The notes under the pieces: generated by a model
Seen by the model: only the letters and a program-made list of their open reading frames with translations
Database searches by the model: none
What the model was told of the DNA's origin: nothing
Position numbers and translations under genes: made by a program
Assembly (NCBI GenBank): GCA_965219995.1
Contig: CBDCOX010000002.1
Span: 128,001-192,000, forward strand
DNA: 64,000 nt
Direction of reading: 5' to 3'
DNA from: Candidatus Latescibacterota bacterium
GTDB lineage: Bacteria; Latescibacterota; UBA2968; GCA-2709665
Shown: positions 56,485-64,000 of the stretch, one piece after another
How positions within the stretch are numbered: position 1 is the stretch's first letter
How the letters are laid out: every line of letters starts with the position of its first letter

Positions 56485-57357
56485 TCAGGGTTTCCACCGG
56501 CCGGGATCGATGGCGGCTGCGTCGGATTTCATGCCTTTGGGTTTGTGGGGCTGATTCCAGTCCAGGCCGGTCGTGTTGGGGCTTTGCAGATAGCGACGGG
56601 TTTCAGGCGGCGCGCCGGCAACGAGTTCCGGGTCCCACTCGGGCATCGGTTGTATGGGGCCTGCCCACGCCGGTCGGTACCCCAATTGAACCAGCGTCCG
56701 TTGGTTTCGCGACCTGTTCGGATGGGTGCCGTGGAACAGGTTGATGGGGATAACCAGCGCCGTACCCGCCTTCACGCAGAGTGTGACCTCGCCCGGGTGG
56801 TATTTGTAACGCACGTAGGGGTTCGCTTCGGCATGGTACGAAAGGTGGGATCGTGGTACCAGGCGAAACGGCGCCCGCTCGGGTGTCAGGTCGTCGAGGT
56901 AGTACAGAACGCGCAGCAGTCGCGGACAGCTTCCTTCGTATCCGAAGATGGACGACCCGAACGGCTGGCCGTCGGTGTGCAGCGAAATGGGCGGGGAGCC
57001 CGAGAGCGTCCTGGTGAAGAGCCCCCGGGTGAACACGATGTCTTCACCGAGCAGCGTCTCCAGGAAGCCGATCATCGGCGGATGCGCGATCAGTTCGGCC
57101 AGTGCCCGGCTGCGCCATTGCGGCTCGAGGCAAAAGGTCTGCGCGTCGCTGTAATCCTTCGTCTGCATCGGCGCATCCGCCATTTCGCGCTTGATCCGGT
57201 CCATGTGTTCCGCGTCGAGGATGTCCGGGAGAACGACGTATCCCTCCACCTCGAGGCGACGGACCTGTTCCCCCGTCGTAAGGCTGCTGTAGTCGGTTTC
57301 GTCCAGGTTCATGAAACCGATCTCTTCGTTCGGATCGATTCGCACGTCCGCTTGCAT
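56485..57357 (-). CDS. PhyH-family Fe/2OG dioxygenase
   Basis: LEVEGYVV, SLHTDGQP, PFRLVPRSH, LFHGTHPN..R. Confidence 0.85.
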   Translation of the reverse strand: MQADVRIDPNEEIGFMNLDETDYSSLTTGEQVRRLEVEGYVVLPDILDAEHMDRIKREMADAPMQTKDYSDAQTFCLEPQWRSRALAELIAHPPMIGFLETLLGEDIVFTRGLFTRTLSGSPPISLHTDGQPFGSSIFGYEGSCPRLLRVLYYLDDLTPERAPFRLVPRSHLSYHAEANPYVRYKYHPGEVTLCVKAGTALVIPINLFHGTHPNRSRNQRTLVQLGYRPAWAGPIQPMPEWDPELVAGAPPETRRYLQSPNTTGLDWNQPHKPKGMKSDAAAIDPGRWKP

Positions 57358-57509
57358 GACGGTTCTCCTTACTTGCGGCCGGCGCCGCGGCGGTGGAAAC
57401 CCTGTTCGGAGAGCCCCCGTTTCCGGTGGGTTCTGATATCGGGAGCCGTGGCGGCACGTCTCATCCTGAGTTGGCGGACCAAAGATAAACACAGCGACTG
57501 GATAGGGCA

Positions 57510-60176
57510 ATGGATGGATTGGGTGTGTTGATCGGCATTCTTCTCCTATGCTGGTTCCGGCCCGGCAAGTCTGCGGCCGCGGGAGCGCCGGTCCCGGTCT
57601 ACAGCGAGACGCCGTCGCCCGAATCGCTGGAGAAACTCCGGAAGGCGGTCGCGCCGCTGATGGCGATGTCCGAGGACAGGCTTGTCGCCGTGGTGCCGGA
57701 CCGCACCGGGTTCCGGTATGTGGCCTGCGCCCGTTGCGGTGAAGGCGTCAGGGAGCGGCAGCTTGACTGGTCCATTGAGGATCCGCTGCGGGTGCGTTGC
57801 CGGCACTGCGCAACGGGATTTCCCGGAGGCGAATTTGCGGAGAACCGCACCCTGCGCGTCTTGAACCCTCTGGGCATCGAAGTCGATTACCCCTTTTTCG
57901 AAGACATTCGGGGACGACGATTCTTCTTCCGCGCCAGGGCCTGGTGGTGCGCCAGGTTCTATCTTGCGGAACGTGCGCGGGACCTCGGGCGATTGTACGC
58001 GGCGACCGGTCATCGGCAGTATGCCCGCCGGGCGGCATTGATCCTGGACGCCATTGCGCGGCATTATCCCGGATTTCTCGTCTGGATCGACGTGGCGAAT
58101 TCGCCAAAGCGGGTTTGCATGGACCCGCCGTTTCCGCGGCGGGGTGGAAAATGGGGGGAGTGGCGCTACGCCGAAATCCCGACGGAGCTGATCTACGCGT
58201 ACGATTCGATTCGGTACAGCGGCGAACTGGATCGGCTTGCGCGGGAACGGGGTGAAGATGTCAGCCGCCGCATCGAAGACGGCTTCTTCAGGGGTGGCAT
58301 CCGGCAGGACGCCTTCCATGGCATCCTGTATACTAATGCGAGCCCGGAGACCTACGAGGGATATGCGGTCGCCGGCCGCGTGATGGACGAGCCGGCGCTG
58401 GTCCACCGGGCGGTGCGTTGCGCGCACGGGCTGTTTCGTCGGTTCTCCGTGGACGGCTTCTGGTGCCAGGGCAGCCCCGCGTATCATCGATATACGCTGT
58501 CAGGCCTGATGCGCGTGCTCGAAGCCCTGGCCGGATACTCCGATCCTCCCGGCTATCTTGACGCGGAAGACGGCCGGCGCTTTGTCGATCTGGACCCGCT
58601 TCGCGAATTCACCGACGTTGAACGCTGCACACGGGTTCTCGATGTCTTCAGGTATCCCGATGGACGGCTGATTCCGGTACACGATTCCTGGGCAAGATTC
58701 GAGGACCTGAAACCCTCGGACCGGTCGCGTTCGGCGCTGTTTGCCGGGATGGGTCATGCGTGGCTCGGGCTGGGCGAAGACGAACGCCAGACGCAGGCGC
58801 ACCTTCATTTCTCGGAAGGCGGCCACGGACACGACCACGCGGACATGTTGAACTTGATGCTGTATGTGTTTGGAGAAGAGTTGGTGTCGGACCTTGGATA
58901 CACCCATACGCGGTACCGGCCCTGGACCGTGAGTACGCTGGCGCACAATACAGTGGTGATCGACGGGCAGGATCAGTACCGGAGTGGAGACAAGGGGGCG
59001 TCCGGCGGCAGACTCCTGGCATTCGAGACCACGCACAAAACGGTACAGTGGATGGAAGCAAGCGGTGAGCGCGCGTACCCGGAGTTGGCTCGGGAGTACC
59101 GGCGAACGGTCATGCTGGTTGCCGCGGGCGATCGGAATGTGTACGCGGTGGATATCTTCCGGGTGCGCGGAGGCGCCACGCATGACTGGACCCTGCACGG
59201 GAGCGCCGATCGCGACGGATGGGCCCGCCTGGATGTGCCATTGAAGCCCGTCGGGCGGCATCTGTTGGGTGGAGTTGAAGTTCGGCTTCCCGAATTCGAA
59301 GGGGATTCAGGCGACGCCGGGGGGCGTAACATCAGCTACGGATTCGTACAGAATGTGTCCCGAGGTCGGGCGGTAGATGGACTGACGGTGCGTTTTGGCC
59401 TGGCAGGGGCGAGCGCCGGGCTCCGGTGCCATTTGCCCGGACTCTACGGCGCCGAGGTCTATCTGGGCGACGCCCCGTCGGTCCGGCGCGCAGATGAGAA
59501 TGAAGTCGAATTGGACAGGTACAGGATGCCGGTCTTCGTGGCGCGGCGCCGCGGGAGTGCGCCGCTTTCGAGCGTCTTCGCGGCGGTCCACGAGCCCTTC
59601 GACGGGTCTCCGTTCATCAAGTGTGTCCGGCAGGTCTACATGGACGATCGGTCCGTCGTCCTGGAGGTGCGGCACGGAGGCTGTGTGGACCGGATCGCGC
59701 ATCGCGCGGTATGGCGCGACGAACCGCTGGTGGTCGGCGATCTCACGTTGAACGGCGAGTTCGGCTTCGTGCGGGAACGGGATGGCGACGCCACGTGCCT
59801 TGGGCTGTGGGGCGGGAACGAATTGAGATGGAAAGAGGACGCGATTACGGGCGGGGGTGTCTACGACCTGAAGGTGGAGCGTGTTCTCAGAAAGGCCGGC
59901 GGCGACCCGTTCGACGGACTGGACGTATCGGGTGAGGCACTCGACCGCGCGGGCGTTGCGGGAACGACGGCAATCATACGGTTCGGGGACGGCTCAACGA
60001 CGGGATGCACCGTGGAACGCGTCGTCAGGGACGGTCGAAGGCTTATCCTGGTTACCGCTGAAGACCCGGGGTTTTCAATCGAGAACGGCTCGATGCGCCA
60101 CCTGTACTTTCCGCTTTGCAAAATCTCAGGGCCGGTTACCTGTCACGTCCGGACCTCGGCTTTCGAGTGTCTGTAG
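57510..60176 (+). CDS. Heparinase II/III-like polysaccharide lyase
   Basis: Signal peptide, DGFWCQGSPAYH, PDG..HDS, GHGHDHADML, SDLGY, TLAHNTVVIDG, YRRT. Confidence 0.8.
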   Translation: MDGLGVLIGILLLCWFRPGKSAAAGAPVPVYSETPSPESLEKLRKAVAPLMAMSEDRLVAVVPDRTGFRYVACARCGEGVRERQLDWSIEDPLRVRCRHCATGFPGGEFAENRTLRVLNPLGIEVDYPFFEDIRGRRFFFRARAWWCARFYLAERARDLGRLYAATGHRQYARRAALILDAIARHYPGFLVWIDVANSPKRVCMDPPFPRRGGKWGEWRYAEIPTELIYAYDSIRYSGELDRLARERGEDVSRRIEDGFFRGGIRQDAFHGILYTNASPETYEGYAVAGRVMDEPALVHRAVRCAHGLFRRFSVDGFWCQGSPAYHRYTLSGLMRVLEALAGYSDPPGYLDAEDGRRFVDLDPLREFTDVERCTRVLDVFRYPDGRLIPVHDSWARFEDLKPSDRSRSALFAGMGHAWLGLGEDERQTQAHLHFSEGGHGHDHADMLNLMLYVFGEELVSDLGYTHTRYRPWTVSTLAHNTVVIDGQDQYRSGDKGASGGRLLAFETTHKTVQWMEASGERAYPELAREYRRTVMLVAAGDRNVYAVDIFRVRGGATHDWTLHGSADRDGWARLDVPLKPVGRHLLGGVEVRLPEFEGDSGDAGGRNISYGFVQNVSRGRAVDGLTVRFGLAGASAGLRCHLPGLYGAEVYLGDAPSVRRADENEVELDRYRMPVFVARRRGSAPLSSVFAAVHEPFDGSPFIKCVRQVYMDDRSVVLEVRHGGCVDRIAHRAVWRDEPLVVGDLTLNGEFGFVRERDGDATCLGLWGGNELRWKEDAITGGGVYDLKVERVLRKAGGDPFDGLDVSGEALDRAGVAGTTAIIRFGDGSTTGCTVERVVRDGRRLILVTAEDPGFSIENGSMRHLYFPLCKISGPVTCHVRTSAFECL

Positions 60177-60192
60177 ACTCGCCGCGAGGTCA

Positions 60193-61353
60193 TCAGTTCC
60201 CGGCCGCGGCCGCGGCGGCGCGATAGACATCCAGAACGGGGACGTCGCGTTCCACCGCAATACGGGCGCAATCTTCGTATTCGGGCGCGATACGCGTCCT
60301 TCCACCGTAGTCGGCCACCTTTACGGTCACGGGTCCGAACGACGTTTCAACGACCTCGGATCGCCTGGAAACGGTCTGGCGATCGACGCGGCGGATCCGG
60401 ACGCCAAGCGTTGTGGTTTCACGGAAGATCCGGTCCGTGACAGACTGTGTGCAGTCCGGATCGGCGAGGACGCTGAGCATCACTCCAGGGCGTCCCTTTT
60501 TCATGATAACGGGCGTGAGATATGCGTCTCTTGCACCGTCGGCGATCAGACGGTCGATAAGGTAGCCGTAGATTTCAGGCGTCATGTCGTCAATGTTGGT
60601 TTCAATGAGGGTGACGGTGTCCGTCTGCGGGAAGGACCCGGAATCTCCGATTTCCAGACGGAGCAGGTTCGGCAGCTGATCCAGGTCGCGGCTGCCTGCC
60701 CCGTAGCCGATGCGTCGGGCGCGAAAGGGAGGGGTGACGCCGATCTGTTCTGCGAGGGTGGTGAGAATAGCGGCGCCGGTCGGTGTGACCAGTTCAAACG
60801 GGACGTCGGTCCGCTGGACCGGCACGTCTCTGCACAGGGCGACCACGGCGGGAACCGGAACCGGCAGTACGCCGTGGCAACTTCGGGTGGTTCCGTGACC
60901 GAATCGAAGGGGAGAGGCGTAGACCCGTTCGACGCCGAGATGTTCCAGGCCGATAACGGCGCCGGCGATGTCCGCAATGGCGTCCGCTGCGCCGACTTCG
61001 TGAAATTGGACGCGGTCGACGGAAATCCCGTGAACTTCGGCTTCGGCTTCGGCGAGGCGGCGGAAGATGTCGGCGGCCTGTTGTCTGGATCGGCTTGAGA
61101 TTTCCGCGCCGTCGAGTATGCGCAGCACGTCGTTCAATCCTCGATGCGCGTGTCCTTCTTTCGCGACGACGTCGATCTTTGTGGCTGCGATCCCGTGCCG
61201 ATGGACCCTCGTGGCCTGGAGGCGGACGCCATCCAGGCGGAGTTTGTCGAGTTCCGCCTGCAACACCTCGATACTCAGGCCCGCGTCCACAAGCGCGCCG
61301 AGAATCATATCGCCGCTTATGCCCGCGTGGCAGTCGAAGTGTGCAAGTCTCAA
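60193..61353 (-). CDS. larC: Nickel pincer cofactor biosynthesis protein LarC
   Basis: GISGDMILGAL, FHEVGAADAIADI, PVPVPA, ELVTPTGAA, ETNIDD, MKKGRPG, PEYED. Confidence 0.92.
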   Translation of the reverse strand: MRLAHFDCHAGISGDMILGALVDAGLSIEVLQAELDKLRLDGVRLQATRVHRHGIAATKIDVVAKEGHAHRGLNDVLRILDGAEISSRSRQQAADIFRRLAEAEAEVHGISVDRVQFHEVGAADAIADIAGAVIGLEHLGVERVYASPLRFGHGTTRSCHGVLPVPVPAVVALCRDVPVQRTDVPFELVTPTGAAILTTLAEQIGVTPPFRARRIGYGAGSRDLDQLPNLLRLEIGDSGSFPQTDTVTLIETNIDDMTPEIYGYLIDRLIADGARDAYLTPVIMKKGRPGVMLSVLADPDCTQSVTDRIFRETTTLGVRIRRVDRQTVSRRSEVVETSFGPVTVKVADYGGRTRIAPEYEDCARIAVERDVPVLDVYRAAAAAAGN

Positions 61354-61515
61354 GTTGAACCCCCTGTGAGGGCCTGCAGACGGCAGGCACGGGCGATGCC
61401 GGTCGACTGCTTCAGGCAGGTATACTCTTCCGGATAACCCTGGGCGTCGATCGAATGGAAACGGGACTCATCGGCGCCGCGGATTCGGTGCGCCGCGGGC
61501 TGCTCGCTCGCGAGT

Positions 61516-62928
61516 TCAATTCGTGCGGGGTTGGCTGCTGCTGGACGAGGAAGGGGGGTGGGGCGATCCGTGTCGGGCCTGCAGGTTGGTCACGAGCGAC
61601 GCCGTCGGGTCGTCGAACAACGCCAGCAGGCGGTCGCGCTGTTGCCTGAAGCCGGCCAGCAATTCCGCGGACAGCGGCCTGGCCCTGGATCCATTGACGA
61701 CTCCGGCAGGGTTGGTGAGGCGATAACCCTTGCCGCTTCTGACGTAGAAATTGTAATGAAGGTGCGGCCCCGTCGAGCGACCGGTCGATCCGACAAAACC
61801 GATGGTCTGCTTCTGTTTGACGTACATGCCCTTCTTCAACCCGCGCGGGAATTTGCTCAGGTGGCCATAGCCGGTCTTGTAGCCGTTTGGATGCCGGATT
61901 TCGACGTAGTTGCCGAGAGCGCCTTTCCAACCCTTGTAGACAACCTTCCCCGGGGCGGTCGCCCAGACTCGCGTGCCGTACGCCGCGGCATAATCGATGC
62001 CGTGGTGCGGCAGGTACTTTTTCAGGATGGGGTGGAAGCGGCGGTTGGTATAACCCGAACTGATCCGGCGGTAGTTGAGGGGAGATTTGAGAAACAGGCC
62101 CCGCAACGACTTGCCGTCCGCATCGTAGTAGGCCACCCGGCCGTCCGGCGATTCAAACCGAAAAGCCTGATGGTTTTTTCGCGCCGTCCGGTATTCGGAC
62201 GAAAGGATGTCCCCATACCGAAGGAATCGGCCGTCCTTGTAGAACTTCTCCAGTGCCAGGGCAAAACGGTCGCCGGCGCGACAATCGACCATGAAGTCGA
62301 TTTCGAATTCGAAGATGCCGGACATCTTTCCGGTCAGCACATCGGCTTCTTCTCCGGTTTCAGACAGGGCGTTCCACAGGGTCGTCCGGACTTCACCTGT
62401 TACGATGGCAACCCGGCGTTCAAGGGGCATGCGTTCTCTGTGCGCGCTCAGGCTACCGTTCTTTCGTGCGGCGACATACCGTGTTTCTACAGCGCTTTTC
62501 TTAATGAACTCAAAGGCCTGAATCGCGCCCAGGCTGTCTATACTCAATGCGTAACGGTCTCCGGTCTGGACGATTCTGGGATCGAATTCCTTCCGGGGAA
62601 TCCCCGTTTTCAAGGCGCTGAGCAACTCGTGGATCCGGGACGGCGCGACGTCCTCACGGTACAGCGCGTCCCAGAATGTCTCTCTATGCCGGATGCGCCC
62701 GACGATTCCCGCGAATTGCGGCTCAGGGTGAGCGGCGATTGACGCGGCAACAGGGGCCGTTTCCGGGACGAGGGCGGGATTTTGCAGGGTCTGGATCTCG
62801 GGCGTCCGGGAAGCCTCGAGCCAGATCAATGCCGCGGGAGCCAGGAAAATCGGAACAAACTTCGCCGGCCTGAACCGCCGACCGAATCGTAAAGGCCGGT
62901 TCGTGCGGTCAGGATTACGTATTCGCAT
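61516..62928 (-). CDS. M23-family peptidoglycan DD-endopeptidase (MepM-like)
   Basis: RFHPIL..HHGIDYAA (HxxxD), YGHLS, STGRSTGPHLHY. TTGACA-17-TATCTT promoter at 63069-63041. Confidence 0.9.
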   Translation of the reverse strand: MRIRNPDRTNRPLRFGRRFRPAKFVPIFLAPAALIWLEASRTPEIQTLQNPALVPETAPVAASIAAHPEPQFAGIVGRIRHRETFWDALYREDVAPSRIHELLSALKTGIPRKEFDPRIVQTGDRYALSIDSLGAIQAFEFIKKSAVETRYVAARKNGSLSAHRERMPLERRVAIVTGEVRTTLWNALSETGEEADVLTGKMSGIFEFEIDFMVDCRAGDRFALALEKFYKDGRFLRYGDILSSEYRTARKNHQAFRFESPDGRVAYYDADGKSLRGLFLKSPLNYRRISSGYTNRRFHPILKKYLPHHGIDYAAAYGTRVWATAPGKVVYKGWKGALGNYVEIRHPNGYKTGYGHLSKFPRGLKKGMYVKQKQTIGFVGSTGRSTGPHLHYNFYVRSGKGYRLTNPAGVVNGSRARPLSAELLAGFRQQRDRLLALFDDPTASLVTNLQARHGSPHPPSSSSSSQPRTN

Positions 62929-63141
62929 ATGGCTTCGATGCCTGGAAAGCCGGAGGGGATCCGGGGACTTAAGGACAGATCCGGCGGATACAAGCGGAAA
63001 AGTGACGTAACTCGTTGTTCTGAGGGAAGAACGGAGTTTGAAGATAGGCCAAAACGCACATTCTGTCAACCCAATTTTTCCTTGCCTCGGGAAGGCCGGG
63101 CCATTACCCTCATGTGGGCGACGCAAAAGGAGAGAGGGCAG

Positions 63142-64000
63142 ATGAAGGGTGTTCCGGACAAAGGCAAACGGGTTGAACTGAAGGGATTCTATCCGGACGA
63201 ACTCGAGGAATTCGCGGCTTCGCTCGGTCTGGAGCCCTATCGCGCCCGGCAGATCGCGGCGTGGATCTACAATCGCGGCGCAACCGAATTCGCGAAGATG
63301 ACAGACCTCGCCAGGGCGGTTCGCGCCATGCTGGCGAAGCGCGCGTCGATATTGAATCTGAGCGTGGCGGCGAGGGCGGGCGCCGGTGGCGGCGACACCG
63401 TGAAATACCTGTTTGAACTTCCGGACGGGAAGCGCGTGGAAAGCGTTCTGATGCGCGACGGCAGGCGCCGTACGCTGTGCGTTTCGTCGCAGGCAGGATG
63501 CCCGCTGGATTGTACGTTCTGTGCCACCGGTCGGATGGGGCTGCTCCGCAACCTCTCCGCCGGCGAAATTCTGGATCAGGTGATTTGCGTCCGCCGCGAA
63601 CTGAGAGCGTGCGGAGACGACCTGACCAACGTGGTGATGATGGGAATGGGGGAGCCGCTGTTGAACTACGGGAACGTCGTACGCGCGATCCGGCTGATGA
63701 ATCTGGATTACGGGCTCGCGATCGGAATCCGCAGGATCACGCTCTCCACTGTCGGCTACGTGCCCGGCATATTGAGGTTGGCCGGGGAGGGACTGAAAGT
63801 CGGTCTTGCGGTTTCCCTGAACGCGACCCACGATGAACAGCGCTCGCGAATCATGTCGATCAACCGGCGCTGGCCGATTTCCGAACTCCTGGCCGCCGTC
63901 AGGACCTATCGGCAGCGAGTCGAGCGGCGGGTGACGTTCGAGTATGTTCTTCTGCACGGGTTCAACGATTCGATGGAAGATGCCGGACGCCTGGCCGCAC
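63142..64000 (+). CDS. rlmN: Dual-specificity RNA methyltransferase RlmN (runs off window end)
   Basis: Hand translation: YRARQI..KYLFEL..VESVL..LCVSSQAGCPLDCTFCATG..NVVMMGMGEPL..LAVSLNA..TFEYVLL. Confidence 0.95.
   Translation, partial: MKGVPDKGKRVELKGFYPDELEEFAASLGLEPYRARQIAAWIYNRGATEFAKMTDLARAVRAMLAKRASILNLSVAARAGAGGGDTVKYLFELPDGKRVESVLMRDGRRRTLCVSSQAGCPLDCTFCATGRMGLLRNLSAGEILDQVICVRRELRACGDDLTNVVMMGMGEPLLNYGNVVRAIRLMNLDYGLAIGIRRITLSTVGYVPGILRLAGEGLKVGLAVSLNATHDEQRSRIMSINRRWPISELLAAVRTYRQRVERRVTFEYVLLHGFNDSMEDAGRLAA

Overview
GC-rich bacterial chromosomal window with no phage, transposase, integrase or CRISPR signal. Gene content suggests an FCB-group, Latescibacterota/Poribacteria-like organism: five PhyH dioxygenases, several Gfo/Idh/MocA and amidohydrolase genes, DFDGDG-type EF-hand repeats and multi-domain BMC proteins. 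This taxonomy is inference only. The left end is housekeeping (thrS-infC-rpmI-rplT, zapB-like-zapA-putative 6S-rny-ymdB-xseA-xseB, queE). The middle carries catabolic genes, a sigma-70 paralog, coiled-coil membrane proteins and a MotA/ExbB-like pair. The most striking part is a 16-kb co-oriented minus-strand cluster (29.9-45.9 kb). It encodes an unusual transporter set (DUF6785-like, pseudo-M28-peptidase/FtsX fusion, OPT-like protein with a permuted FN3-like insert). It also encodes a 2-domain and a 4-domain BMC shell protein (2+4 = 6 different domains, a possible two-chain hexamer), a DapA-family aldolase with a BMC-associated N-terminal domain, PHP, PhyH and MDR enzymes, and a DapF whose two catalytic Cys are Ser. 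The right end has tRNA-Phe, tRNA-Val, a cation-chloride cotransporter next to an HxG (halogenase-like) Fe/2OG enzyme, a heparinase II/III-like protein, larC, an M23 peptidase and partial rlmN. All calls come from motif recognition by eye; no database searches or folding programs were run.
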